Source: Camelus ferus
Taxonomy: Eukaryota
Reading direction: 5' to 3'
Assembly: GCF_009834535.1 (NCBI RefSeq)
Contig: NC_045698.1
Coordinates: 5,954,001-6,018,000, forward strand
DNA length: 64,000 nt
The notes beneath the pieces were generated by a model. That model was given only the letters and a program-made list of their open reading frames with translations, had not been told where the DNA came from and ran no database searches. Below are positions 48,111 to 62,159 of the stretch, in pieces. Position 1 is the first letter of the stretch; the number at the start of each line of letters is the position of its first letter. Made by a program: the position numbers and the translations under genes.

Positions 48111-50357
48111 GGTATCAAGTTACCTTTTACACACTTCCCAGCCCAAACTGCACTGTGATCCTGTCTAAACCTTTTCTGCAGTTTCAGTCCTGAGGGAGTG
48201 AAGATCTGGGGCTTAGATACAGAGTCACAACTAAGCTTTCTCTAAAACTTAATTATTTCAGAAACTTCCCACTTAATATTGGTTTCTTTGCAGATGTGAA
48301 TCTCGGGTCAGATACCTTGTTCCCAGAAATAAGATTTACAGTCATTATGTTCTTAGGAATTCACTAATCAAGCCGATAATTTGGAAGCGGTTTTCTGTTC
48401 TCCCCCTCCCATCCCCCTAGAGTCTGGAGAAAACAGGAGGGGGAAGGGCCCCAGCAGGACAGTTTGCTTTCTTCTGCTCCCCCTGTCACCACCCTCCATC
48501 TACTCGTCTTCTTGGCAGTCTTGTCTTTCGTGGGTAGGCTTTTAACTTTTACGGTCTGCTCCTTCCAACCACACACACACACACACAGAGTCACTCAGCT
48601 GGGTATATGCACGTGCTTTCACGTGGGAAAACCCCATGCTCTTACGCTGTGAAAAAATACTCAATGAAAGTGATTATGAGAAACAGAAAATAGTATCAAT
48701 AAAGAAAGCACAGATATGAAAACGGCAACAACCACAACAGCAAAACAGCCTACACTTGAGTCCCGTGTGGCCCCTGCCCTGGCTTTACCGCCAGTGAACG
48801 TGAGCTTGGCCGATCAGGCGATACCTGGGATGTGCTCACGTGTATCCATCAGCCCCTTCGAGGACCAGACACAGAAATGCTGTTTTCTTTCTTGCCTTCT
48901 TTACTTCAAATCTACATTTCACATTAGAAAATAACCCAAATTAATGGCTTCTCATGGGAAATATCTCTAGATTTATGCATTTATTGATATAGTGGTCGAA
49001 TGGAAATTTAGTCTAATATTCAGTTAAGTGAAAAGAATGAGAACAGACACATTCATTATTTCTATTTATCCCAAGTTGATGTTTTTTAGGGATCTCTAAA
49101 ACTGAATGTTTTTTAAATGAGTATTAAGTAACATGGAGCTTGAATCATAATTTAATGTTTCTGCTAATGTGTTTCTTGATTCTAAACTACTATAAATTTA
49201 TTGCAATTAAGTGGTAGAATTATTTAATGTGATTTTGCCTGTCTGAGTCAATTATCATTTGTCCACAGGCAGCTGTCTGGCAAACACCAAGAATGTATAT
49301 CACTGACAGGCAAATAGATTTCCCTTCTCAGCAAAGTGTAACATGCAATTTAAATTCATTATCTGAGCCTATAAGATCACATTAAATACATAGAAAATCA
49401 GGAGCAGCTGAATTTCCACTATCAAAATATTTTGTGTCTCTGCCATCTAACACCTTATCTTGAAAAAGAGAAGAAAAATGCTATTTTTATCAGATTCACC
49501 CACTTGTATTTGTCAGATTCTAGAATGTGTCCTACGTTCGTCCACAACTCTTCAGCATTAAACCAATAGAGAGACCACAGGACTAGGGCCCTGTTCCTAC
49601 CACACTGGACCAGACGTTGGTCCCCCTCCTATCTCTATATTTTGGATGACTCACAACACCCTAAAAACCATTTCAACTCTCACACTTTATTACTTACTAA
49701 AAACAGATACATTGGCTTTTTAGCACACCAGAGTTCCTCTCAGGATACTTCCTCTGATTCTAGAATATTCAAGTAAAAGGTGACCTACAAAATCAGTCTG
49801 CTGGCCCATTTATCAGATAAGAACACTGAGGCCAAGGATTGGTGAATAACTTGCTCTTGAGTAGAAACATAGCTGCTTTGAGTATTTAGGGTACATTCCT
49901 TTCCGCAGCCTTTCTCTTTAGGCTTAACTGACCAGCACATTTTATCTGTCTTTCTCCGTTGTCCCTGCCGAGTAGACCGGTGTGGACCTCCTCCCCCAAG
50001 GGCTGCCTACTCTGGGGGTGACCTCTGCGACTTCAGAGGGCTGTGGCCATGGCCCTGGAGTGGCTCTCAGCAGCAGCTGGGCTCGGGGCCAACCTTCCCC
50101 GTGATGCTGCCTATTAGGCTCACTCTGGGTCTCCCTGCCGGGCTCACTCCCCACACCTCATGTCCCTGCCGGCTCATCACCTTTCCTAGTGACACTTCCA
50201 ATGGGAAGTTCACAAGAGTGTCTTGCTGAGCCTCCAGCTGACAACTGTAGAACTCCATCCACCGTTTGAAAATCAAGATTCCTGGAAGGAACTCATTCAA
50301 AACTCTCTGCAGCTGAACACATGAGAGAGACAGACACAACAGATTCTCATCATGTTC

Positions 50358-50930
50358 CTTCATTCAGGAAGCGTTTATTGAGCAACTATTGTGTGCCAAG
50401 TACTGGGATAAGCTCTGGGGACAGACACAGTGGTGAACGTGGCTGACACAGCCCCTGCCCTCACAGCGGTGGGGAGGGGTCAGATTATAACTACTCAGTG
50501 AATAATAATATAATTGCAGAATGTGTAAGTTTTCTGAAGGAAATAGCCCAAGTGAGGAAGGAAGGCAGCTTGAGAAAGCGCTACATTAGGTGGGTCTAGG
50601 CTCTTGTGACATTTGAGCTGAAATACGAAGCATAAAAATTAGTCTCTCAAACTCCAGCCACTTCTACATCTGCCCATGTAGCTCCTGCCACAGGTTCTGC
50701 GGAGAACCTTGAATCCCCAAGCTCGCTGCTGCCTCGGGGCATTTGCTCTGAGTGCTTCTCATTCCCAAGGTGCTTCTCCAGAAATCCCAAGGTCCGCTCT
50801 TCCTAATCTGGCTCTCCAGTTAAATGTGACCTCCTCAGAGAGGTGGGCCCCCAATCCTCTATGTAAAGTAGCCCCCTAACGTCCTCTCCCACACCGCACT
50901 GCTTCCTTAATTGTTCTTAGGTCCCCAGGA
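50358..50930. mobile_element. Two L2 fragments in opposite orientation (minus ~50358-50640, plus ~50650-50930)
   Basis: 'ttcattcaggaagcgtttattgagcaactattgtgtgccaag' (antisense 3' end); 'gcctcggggcatttgctctg...ttaaatgtgacctcctcagagagg' (sense). Confidence 0.7.
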
Positions 50931-51479
50931 TCCAGTTATAAGACCTCACTATCTTTCATCCAACCTTGGTTAAAATTCTAGTTGAAACTGAAAACAGGTA
51001 GCTGTTAATTAAAAAAAAAATCTTGAAAAACTAGGAGTAGAAGTTGTCAAGATTTAATTTCACGAAATATAGTGGACTAATATATTAAATATATAGATAC
51101 ACTTTCTATAATTTCTATATAAAATAATACATAGTATAAATACACTGAGTGTAATATAAATTATAAACCTCTTTAATATTAAAACCACTTTGTAACAAGT
51201 TTCCATCTCATTTCCAACAGACAGAAGCAAATGAAAGACCCAGTAACTCCAAGAGACGAAGCAGAGGTGGAGAACTCCAGCCCAGGCATACGTGACCACA
51301 ACAGTGACGCGCTGACTAAATGGCTTGGTGGTGTTCAGTCAAGCTGAAGAGGAGCAAAGCTCGCAACCCAGCCAGCCTCTATGTAGATAACCTGGGAGAC
51401 TTTACACCCTGCACAAGGACACATGCACAAATTTACACTGGTGTCGGGGATGCAAGAACAAACAAAGAAAAGGGCATTG

Positions 51480-51880
51480 CTCAAATCACTGTCAGTGACA
51501 TAGAAAAAGCTGTGTCTATTTCCTCATGCCTGAAGTTCTATAGCAGAGTGATTGTACCTACACACCGACATGAATAATCTCACAAATGGGATACAGAGTG
51601 AATATGCGTGTAGTTGCATAAACCTACACAAATACATCTATCATGACTGCTATGTACCGAGTATTAAAAAAATGACACAAGAAACATAAATATCAGGATG
51701 GTGGGTCCCTCCTGAGGCAGGAAGGAGGGTGAGATTAGGAAGAAGCACAGAGGACTTCCAAAGTGTTTCCAAGGATTTGCCGTCTATCAGGTTGTTTGGA
51801 TGATATGTGAGCATTTGTTGTGTTATTATATTAGTTGTGTAATTCACATAAATTCACTTATAAAACATTTCCTAATGAAA
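51480..51880 (+). mobile_element. L1ME-type 3' UTR fragment
   Basis: 'catgaataatctcacaaat...aaatatcaggatggtgggtccctcctgagg...gaagcacagaggacttccaaagt'. Confidence 0.55.
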
Positions 51881-52134
51881 GTGGGGACTAGAAAAAGAGA
51901 AACCAATATAAGAGCTTTTAGAATACAAAATGCTGAATTAACCATTAAATTTACATAGACATAAGGAAATACAGAGACTAGGCACATATCAGTTCTCATA
52001 AAAATTAAGTCTCTACATTCTCTGCATCTTTTTGTTGTTCTTAATTAATTAATTATTCTTGAAACTTTTCTTTCATTTTATTTTCACCCTCCCAATCTTA
52101 TTTTTAATACAGACTTTTGGGTTTAAAATTAATA

Positions 52135-52420
52135 TTTTCTTTTTTTAAACTGAGGTATAGTTGACATATAACATTATATTAGTTTAAGCGTAATGATTGG
52201 ATATTTGTGTATGTTGCAAAATAATCACCACAATAATTCTGGTTAACTCATCTCCATACATAATTAATTTTTTTTCTTATGATGAGAACTTTTAAGATCT
52301 ACTATCTTAGCAAATCTTAACTATGGCTGACATGCTGTTCATTGTATCCCCATGACTTACTGGTTTTATAACTGGGAATCTGTACCTTTTAACCTCCTTT
52401 ACCTATTTTGCCCATTCCCA
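52135..52420 (-). mobile_element. L1MA9-like 3' end
   Basis: 'gaggtatagttgacatataacattatattagttt...gatgagaacttttaagatctactatcttagcaa...tttataactgggaatctgtacctttt'. Confidence 0.85.
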
Positions 52421-53784
52421 CATATATATGACATTTTTAAATCCATCTATCCATGTATCTATAATAATGTTGAATTTCCCTATAAATTTGGTAACGAAAA
52501 GGTAAAGGAATTTTCCATAACAGTGTAAGGTTAGTCTCAGTGTTCCTAAAACCCGTTCTAAAGGCTAGAACTGTTGACTTGTAACATCAAGATTGCTGAG
52601 TAAATTTGCCAAAACCTTTGTCGCTTAAATTTCTCTTAACTGCTCGTCTTGGAGTTCATTTTGATCACCAACCATCTGCCAATTAAGAAGAGAGAATGAC
52701 TTCTCTACTCTGGTTAAAATGAATTTAACCTGCTTTCAAAAAATTAGTTTTCAGAAACAAATTACTGGCTGTATCAGATTATCCGCAAAAAGCAATGCTA
52801 ACTCTCAACCATCTAGAGCCCTGACGTGACGCTTCCTGTTAATCTAGCCCATGATTTTCTTTCTTCCGCCTCCTTACCGAGTGTGGGCCCGGGCAGAGGA
52901 GGTTTCTCCTGTACCGCATCTCATGGAATAGCATCTACCCCGCAGTGAGCCTTGATAGCTGTTTGCTCAATACATAAAAGAGAGCCTCTTCAGAGGTTTT
53001 GGTGGCAATGGGCGTGCATCACAAGGGAGTCAAGTAAAGCCCGAGACTGAGCTTACTGCACACAGAGAGATTTTTCAAAAGTGTTATCCACTCTAAATTT
53101 TTAACGAATTGATTAAATTCTCTGGGTCCTCTTGACCTCCCTGGTATGAATAAAAGGTGATATTCCTGATGTCCTTAATTTGAAGGACCATAATTTTTCC
53201 ATTATCCTTCTAAATAGCCAATGGCCATTATCTTTGGTGCCAAATATCAAGCAGTATATTTTTTATAGATATTGTCGCAGTGTTTCTAGAGATCTTCAGT
53301 CATGAATCCTCACCTATTATTTTGTCAGTATTTTTCTACATATTTCTACTGATTGTTCCTTAGATGACTACCTTCTGATTCTCTGCTGTGAGCTTCAGGG
53401 GAGAGTGCATCAGCTCTTGAGCATGGAAGGTCAATCTTTCTTGTCCTCCCCGGCCTGCCCCGGTTCAGAAGCTGACCAATTACCCACGAGAGCTTTGAGA
53501 GAAGAAGGCAGCAGTTACCAGGGGTAAGAGAAATCACAGAGGACTACCACAAAGGGCATTAAAATAAATCAAAATAGACATTTAAAAATGATTTTTCCAG
53601 ACAAAATGGCAGGAGTCGCCATGGCTGAGCACGGACGCTGCCCTGGGGCTTTGAAGCCATTGAACAGGAAAATGAGCAGGGTGAGGATGGAAACTGCCCA
53701 TACAGAAAGAGCTGAGCTGTTCAAATGGCAGGTTTAGAAGGTTCAGGATGAGAAAGTAGATGCTGAACAGACAACGAGTCATAA

Positions 53785-54030
53785 AACTGGCTAATGTATA
53801 AATGTGATGAGTTTGGACACATGTAACCCACGATGCCATCACCACAACCAAGGTAATGAACGTACCATGGGTGTGTGCATATGCCCAAAGTCTTCACGGT
53901 GTATACATTAAAAACTGCAGGATTTTTTTTGGTGGGGGTATGTCAATTATATCTCAATAAAGTTGCTCTACACTGGAAATTGACACAACATTGTAAAATG
54001 TAACTCAATAAAAAAAAGTTAAAAAATTAG
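53785..54030. mobile_element. Cluster of short L1 3' termini, ending in a ~60-bp camelid-type L1 tail
   Basis: Antisense piece at ~53785-53865; sense piece ending 'tatctcaataaagtt'; 53965-54027 nearly duplicates 55237-55300. Confidence 0.65.
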
Positions 54031-54678
54031 ATTCTCAAATACTAGCAGGTGGCAAAAATTCTCAATATAAGAGTTTAAAATTAAAAAAGAGTATTTTTGA
54101 CAAAAAAAAAAAAACTTTCTACATTGAAATGTAGACTAGAGAAAATGGAAAGATTCCATTATCTTGTATAATGTAGAATCCAAATACAATCAAGAAAGGT
54201 ACAAGGGAAGAAACACAGGTCATTCTCACTTAGGAACTTTTTTCTAAGTGATACATTAGCAAATTGAAAAAACAATGGCTGAGATTTTCTAACTCTGAGA
54301 AAGTTTAGGTTATATAAAGCAGACACCATTGTTTGGCATGAAGATGATCAGATAACATAAAAGGCTAGACTTATATATGACAACTGAAAAATGGCTAAAT
54401 ACGGGAGCAAAATTTAAATGAAGATGATACTTGTTAGCTGATAAAAGCAATAGGATTTTTTTAGCATTAATTTTCATGGGATATCAGTTCCAGACCGTAT
54501 ATGCCTACTGGTTCATTATTAATTTGTTCATTCCTGCCTTCTAATCAGCTGTTTACTGAAAGTCAATCTTATGCCAGGAGCCAAGAACTGTAGGTTGTAG
54601 ATTGAATAAATTTCCACCTACAACTCCAGGGAATTCATGGTTATTTGAATAAACTTTTTGTGCTGTATCCTTTGTTGA

Positions 54679-55322
54679 TATGACCCAGGAATCCTGCTCC
54701 TGGACATATATCCAGAAGGAACCCTACTTCAGGATGACACCTGCACCCCAATGTTCATAGAAGCATTATTTACAATAGCCAAGACATGGAAACAGCCTAA
54801 ATGTACATCAACAGATGACTGGATAAAGAAGATGTGGTATATTTATACAATGGAATACTATTCAGCCATAAAAACCAACAACATAACACCATTTACAGCA
54901 ACATGGATGCTCCTGGAGAATGTCATTCTAAGTGAAGTAAGCCAGAAAGAGAAAGAAAAATACCATATGAGATTGCTCATATGAGGAATCTAAAAAAACC
55001 AAACAAACAAAGCATAAATACAAAACAGAAATAGACTCACAGACATAGAATATAAACTTGTGGTTGCCAAGGGGGCAGGGGGTGGGAAGAGATAGACTGA
55101 GATTTCAGAATTGTAGAATAGATAAACAAGATTATACTGTATAGCACAGGGAAATATATACAAGATCTTATGGTAGCTCACAGAGAAAAAATGTGACAAT
55201 GAATATATACATGTTCATGTATAACTGAAAAATTGTGCTCTACACTGGAATTTGACACAACATTGTAAAATGATTATAAATCAGTAAAAAATGTTTAAAA
55301 AATAAAATAAAAAATAAAATAC
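54679..55322 (+). mobile_element. Young 5'-truncated L1 (ORF2 C-terminus, 3' UTR, A-rich tail)
   Basis: ORF 54751-54984 MFIEALFTIAKTWKQPKCTSTDDWIKKMWYIYTMEYYSAIK matches the L1 ORF2 C-terminus without interruption; followed by a lineage-specific 3' UTR and A-rich tail. Confidence 0.95.
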
Positions 55323-55721
55323 AAATACAAATACTCCTGTGTGGGATGCTAGCATTTGTATATATGATTAATCATATACACTTTTTTTTTAACAATTTTA
55401 AAAAGTAAGTTAAAGAAAAATTAGCAAGTATTATGATCCTCTTTCTCCATAGCAGGTCTATTGGGAGTGATGGAGTGGAGACCAGAGAAGATACGAGAGC
55501 TTTGGGAATCTCTCCAGGCAGAGGCGCAGAGGCCCTGCCAAGAATGCTGAACTGTGTGGAAACAGTCTCGCAATGTCTGCCTCACATTCAGAAATGTTCT
55601 TAGCACGGACAATGAACGTGATTCTTCACAACAATATAACAAATTTATAAATGCACGTTTTGATTAGAATCTTTATAGAATTTGACTCATTTGATATCAA
55701 CAGCTGAACTAAATATACTAA

Positions 55722-56127
55722 TTATCGTGGATTGAATTGTTGCCCTTGTAAATGCATACTTTGTCATCCTAAGCTCCAGTGCCTCAGAATGTAATCTCAT
55801 TTGCTGTAGGCTCTTTACAGGATTAAATTCAGATGAGGTCATCAGTTCAGGCCTTAATCCAATATGGGCAGCGTCCTTATGAGAAAGAGAAAATTGATAC
55901 AGGAGAAACCCACATGAGCACAAAGATAGTCACCAGCAAGCCAAGGACAGATGCCTGGAACAGGTCCTCACTCACAGCTCTCAGGGAAAAACAACAAAAG
56001 ACAAACCAAAAAAAAACTTCCCACATCTTAATTTCAAACATCTAGTCTTTGGAACTGCGTAACAAATCTGCATTGTTTAAGGGGTCTAGTCTGCGATGCT
56101 CAGCAACAGCCCTCGCAAAGTAATACA
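55722..56127 (+). mobile_element. ERVL-MaLR solo LTR (MLT1B/C-like)
   Basis: 'ggattgaattgttgccc...cagtgcctcagaatgtaa...ccttaatccaatatg...gtccttatgagaaagag...cagccctcgcaaagtaataca'. Confidence 0.85.
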
Positions 56128-56359
56128 CTAACAATGTCTATTGCAGAAAGGACTTTTCTTTATAAAATATCAGACTTATATTCATATAGGTTGTGGTTTA
56201 AAAGGGCTAAAATGCATGTTGGAATATTTACCAAGTTCATAGAAAACCCATGGAGTTCACTGTGACCGTTCTCTAAACGATCACATTTAGCAAATTAGGA
56301 GGCTTCCAATTTTGAACTGGTTTTTCAAAATTTCTGGATTATTTTGTTATAATCCACAA

Positions 56360-58235
56360 AAAGGAAATCCTTTAGTATAAGTCTAACAAAATTATGTAAA
56401 AGATCTATACAGGGAAAACAACAAATCTCTGACAAAAAAATCACAGAAGAATTAAATAAATAGAGATAATTCCAAGTTCATAGATTGAAGAGACTCAATA
56501 TTGTCAAGAGGTCAGTTCTTCCCAACCTGATGGATGTAATCCCATTCAGAAGCCCAGCAAGCTATTTTGTGGATATCAAAACATATTTTAAAACTGGTAT
56601 GAAGAGATAAAAGACTCCGAATAGCCACAATATTGAAAATGAACAAAGTTGGAGGATTGATGCTACCCAACTTAAGATTTACTATAAAGCTACAATAATC
56701 AAGGCACGGTGATACTGGTGGGAAAAAGGCAACTAGATCAATGGAACAGAAAAAATAGCCCAAATATCAGTTGACTATATAAATTTAGTCAACTGATCTT
56801 CGACAAAGGAGGAAAGCAACACAGTGGAACTAAAATAGTCTTTTGAACAAGTGGTGCTGGAAGAGCTAACTTCCACATGCAAAAAAGAAAAAAAACAGGG
56901 AGAGAGAGAATCTAGATACAAAACTCACACTCTGCACAAAAATTTACTCAAAATGGATCAAAGACTTAAATGTAAAACCCAAAACCATAAAACTCCCAGA
57001 AGATAACATAGAAGACAACCTAAATAACTTCGGATATGACACAGGACTTTTTAGATACAACAGCAAAGGGACAATCCATGAGGAAATAATTGATGAGCTG
57101 GACTTGATGAAAACTAACAACTTCTGCTCTGAGAAAGAGAATGTTGAGAGAATGTGAAGGCAAACCACAGACTGGAAGAAATATTTGCAAAAGACACATC
57201 TGTTAAAGTACTGTTTTCCAAAACAGAGAACTCCTAAAACTGAACAACAAGAAAACAAACAACTAAAAAGTGGGTCAAAGATTTTACCAGACAACTCACC
57301 AAAGAAGATACAGATGGCAAATAAGCATATAAAAAGATGCTCTACATCATGTGTGATGTATCATGCAATGCAAATTGATGTGTCATCCATGAAGTGCAAA
57401 TTAAAACAGTAAGACACCACTACACACCTATTAGAAAAGCCAAAATCCAGAACACTGGCAACACCAAATGCTGACAAGGACGTGTAGCAACAAGAACTCT
57501 TATTCATTCTTGGTGGGAATGCAAAATGTACGGTCACTTTGGAAGACAGTTTGGTGATTTCTTACAAAACTAAACTTATGCCTATCGTATGATCTAGCAA
57601 CACACTTCTTGGTATTTACTCAAAGGAGTTGAAAACTTGAGACCCCACAAAAACCTATACTTTAGTATCTATACTAACTTTATTCATTGTAACCTAAGCT
57701 TGGAAGTAACCAAGATATTCCTCAGTAGATGAGTAACTAAATAATCTAGGGTATGACCAGACAATATTATTCAGCACTAAAATTAAATGAGCTATCAAGC
57801 TATGAAAAGACATGGAGAAAACTGCAATACATATTATTAAGTGAAAAAAAAAAAGTCAATCTAAAACAGCTACTTACCGAATGATTCCAACTATGTGACA
57901 TTCTGGAAAAGGTAAAACTATGAAGACAGGGAAAAAGTCAGTAGCTTCCAGAGGTTGGGGAGAGGACAAAGTGGTAAATATGCAGAGCACAGAGAACTTT
58001 TAGGGCAGTGAAAATACTCTGTAATACAATTATTATAGAAATAAGCCATTGCACATTTGTCAAATCCACGTAACAATGCACCGCTCTGCTGGGGAAGGTT
58101 TTAGTGGGGAAGTCCATGCGTGTGTGAGTCCATGCCTGTGCGAGGCCAGGGTATACGAGAAATCTCTGTAGCTTCCCACCAATTGTTCTGTGAAAACATA
58201 AACTGCTCTTTAAAAAAAAGCAATAATAAAAAAAT
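56360..58235 (+). mobile_element. L1MC1-like element: decayed ORF2 3' half and 3' UTR
   Basis: 'gaagactcaatattgtcaag', 'gaacaaagttggaggattgatgctaccc...actataaagctacaataatcaag', 'caaaatggatcaaagacttaaatgtaaaac'; 3' UTR as in 23462-24122. Confidence 0.9.
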
Positions 58236-61200
58236 GTACTGAAGGCCTTGCTAAATTCTCTGTCAGTAAGAGTAAAACTAAATGAAATGTAATTGTTTCC
58301 AACTAGCATTTTCAGTTCTTGCTACAGTTTAAAGTACCACAGTTTCATATCTTGCCTTTCCACTTAAATTATTACGGTTTTAAATACTGAGGCTATTCAT
58401 GGTCATTGCCATCGAATTGAACTTCTGTCACAATTTCCTTATTTTGTAGTTGACATCTGTTGGCTTCCATTTCAACACTGTTGCTTGACAGAAATCGCTA
58501 ACGGTATTGTTGGCTTAATTCACCGTCTATTGGTACTCGTTGGTGTGAAAGGTTTTGCAGGCTTTGTCTCCATGGCGAATGTGTGTTTCAGTCATTCCAT
58601 TTCAATGTCTGAGGAAAGCAGCTTGATACCCTGCTTTGCCAGGACAAAGTTTAAAACCCAGACCGGCCGAATCCCACACCCGTCTTCTGACAACAGACAT
58701 AATGCTTCTCCTCTATGGCACGTGACAGCTTTTATGTCTGCATACAATGTCCACTCATTAAAATACCCAGTGTATGTCGAGCAGCAGTCCCATGTCTAAT
58801 ATGTGGGTTTTAATTCTGTTACTGCTTTTCCTAACGTATTTCAAAATATATCATATATCAGCCTAATTTTATTTGTCAGTAGCTACTCATTCTTTAAATT
58901 CTACTCTCTATGCTTAAAATTAATCATTTGTTGTAACAAAGCATGTATATTCTGAGGGCATTAATTTACATACAGACACATTCTACATATCATTTAATCA
59001 CTTTAATACTGGAAATGAGTATCAAGACACTGAAGGAACTAAATACAAGTGTACTTTTATATTAATTGGTGCCAGTACAAGATAGTGTTAGGAAAAACAA
59101 GCATGTTTAATCTAGTCCTACTTAAACAGATGTAAGCATTATTATACATAGAAAAATAGTAATAGATTTTATATATTAACAATGGAATCAGAGTAGCTTT
59201 TCCTTCTTTATGATGTTCTGAATTAAAGAAGACATGTTTAATCCACTATTTACTATTCAGGGAACTCAGACATCAGAGAGTTCTGGTTGCTAAGTGAGGT
59301 CGAGTGTGGCCTTGGGAAATAAGAATCTTTAAACTATTTGATCCTTTGGAGAACTTCAATCCTTTTGAGGCTGTGAATAAATTCACAAATATATAAGCCT
59401 ATACAGTTTAGTAAAATAATAAAGAAATCTTCCCATAACTTGGATAGTAATGTTTTTTATACAAATGTCCTTGTAAGGAGTGATTGGGGAAACAGTTATC
59501 AGTTAAATGAATTATATTAATAGAGTTCCAAATATTGAAGGATGTCTGCATTACAAACCATCTTGCCCACTTGTGCGTAACCAGGATGGATACATAATTT
59601 GGTTCAGGTGTCGAGATGGATGATCACACACACACACACTCCCCAAGATGGTATAACGAGAGGGTGTAAGAAGGTGTATTACTTACACAAGGGAGGCCAG
59701 AGCCTGGTTTGAGCCTTCGTTACTTTTCCACCTACCTCAGTGCCTGAGGCCCTGCACCAGCCACTCCCTAAACCCCGTCCCCAGGGAGGGGACAGAGCTG
59801 TGTACCAGGTACTTTGCAGGGAGTCAGCCTGAGAGGACGATTTCTGTTCTGCTGGATTTTGAGAATTTTGATCTTTAGAATTCTTGCAACAGCTTAGTGG
59901 GGTTACATAACGTGTTACTAAGTCTCTTTTTCTAGACATAAATAGTCTTCAAAGGAATGTTTAGCTCAAACATTTCAATAAATTTACTGCAGCCATTTGA
60001 AAGCAAGCAAAACTTTTGAACATGGATCAAACTTGCAGGAGCAAAAAGAAACCAGCCAGAGAAGTTCGGATGTGGTTAAAACCTGCTCTTAACTACAAAA
60101 CCTTTTGATTTTATTCCCTCGCCCAGCACAGGCCAGCTGCCAGCGCAGATCCACACATTTCATTGTATCTTTAGACACACAACTGCTTTATAAACTGCGT
60201 ACCCTCCTTAGCCCAGTGCCGCCCCCGCTGCCTGAAACATCCAGTTGCAGGGGGTACATGTGCTCGGGGCTTTCAGTTCTGCTTTTATCTGAAATCACAC
60301 CCGGTAGGAGGGGGTGCCCGGATTCTGGCCCAGCTGGGCCTGGGCCCCAGGCCTTCTCTTCTTGCTCCAGGACCTCCTGCACAGCTTTTAATTCTCCTGA
60401 GCCTCGGTTTCTACAATTGCATAATAACACAACCATTCGATAATAATACAGTTATTTGATAGAAATAAAGCTATATGCAGCAGGCACTGAAAATTCTATT
60501 TTATAGGTGAGCATCTGAGGTCCTGAGAGAACCAGTGGCTGAGCTGGGACTGAGTCCAGGTCCTGGATTCAGTCTGTGAGTTGTATAGGGCACTGTCATG
60601 GCCTTTCCTAGGCTAACCAAACTGGGAATCAGTCCTGCATTTCCTGTGAGAAATCTGGTGTGTACAATGTGGCGGGCAGACCTTAGGATGCTATACATAT
60701 TTTGTAAAGTGATGGTGACAGATTAGGATGAGTCCTACTTCAGAAGGCATGAAAAGTGAAGGGTGGCTCCTGCTCAGAGAGGACGCCCTCAGTGACACAA
60801 TGGGACAGACACTGGGATAGAGCTTCCCCCCTGTTCTACCTACAGGCAAGCAGAGCAGTTTTTGTACCAGAAGAAAACAGCAGCCACTGAAAATCCAAGA
60901 CCCGCCACCTGAGGCTCCCCCACAACGCAAATAAATAGACGCTCCCCACGCTGCCTCGATCCCGCTCCCCGGGATGTGTCAACAACAGGCACATTTGAAA
61001 CGCGTTTACGAATCTTTTAGACTCTTTATGCTAATGAAATTCATGACTTTGCCCAATTTGTGCGGCTTTGCAAATGTTCTCAAGCGTGTGGCTCTTGATT
61101 TTTCTAAAACCCTTTGGCTTTTGGTCTCATCCACACAATTTAGACTCAGTTATCACGTATTATTTTATAATTGGTTTACACTGTTCTTTAGTTGATTTCC

Positions 61201-61327
61201 GTCTGAGTCTTATCTCTGAAACCGCACCAAAAACCTCTCCAGAAGCTTAAAGAGACTGAAGGAAAATTACCATCTTCAACTAGGAAAAGCTTATAAGCGA
61301 ACCACCACCATGTGTATATGTATAGCC

Positions 61328-61720
61328 GGTGATCCAGATGGCCTCAGCATTTCCGCCAGCTTGATCAAAGTTAGGCAGGTGTCTTTTTGACTCCAGGCCT
61401 GACCTTCCTTTTCTTGGAGCATTTACTTTGGAAAATTTGCAAATTGTTTCTCTTTCTCTTTGGGATGAAAATTTTTTAAAAAGCCTCTTGCCAGTTTCCC
61501 AACCCAGGATGTCTTTCTCAAGGACCTGGGAGCCGTCTCTTTGAAGTGCAGTCATCAAGGAAAATGGTGCCCCACCTCCCCATCTTGGCAGGAAGATGGG
61601 AACTTAACCAGCAGGATCTTTGCTCCAAGTCCTAAAACCACTTCCTCACGTGACGATAGAAGAAAGCGGATGCTCTGTCGATGAGCTTTGGAACCCTTTC
61701 CCAGGTTCCTCCCTCTTACC
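61328..61720 (+). mobile_element. ERV1 LTR (MER34/MER39-like)
   Basis: 'gagcatttactttggaaaatttgcaaattg...gcctcttgccagtttcccaacccaggatgtctttctcaaggacctgggagcc'. Confidence 0.7.
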
Positions 61721-62159
61721 CTTCCTAAAGGCAGGGGCCATCATGAACCCATGGCCGTGTTTCTGGTGTCGCTGGGATAAGGAAGAAAGAGACACGGCCT
61801 GTAAACCAAGGTGACAGCAATGGGTCCTGAGCAGAGTCCACATGCTGCTGGGTCAGAAGACCTGGACTCACTGCCCTGGCAGGACAGTGGGCTTCAAGGT
61901 GATTACCCTGCCACTGGAGTCCCTTCCCTTGCTGTGGTTTTCTGAAGACGCTTTGGAGGGATGCAGTGGGAGGCTGTCCCTTCTGGAAAAGCATCACTTA
62001 GAAACCTGCTTCCCCTGGGTTCGGGGCCCAAGGGTCACCACAAAGGTTTTAGGAACCCAAATTCTTTGTTTGCTGCAGAGCCCAGGTGTCTTTGAGATTA
62101 CAGTCCTGTGAAGATGGAGTTGGCTTTTTGCAGATTTATATTTGGTCAACCTAATTAAT

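Noticed and set aside
54751..54984. Clean 77-aa ORF
   Set aside because: It is the L1 ORF2 C-terminus of a 5'-truncated retrotransposon, not a host gene
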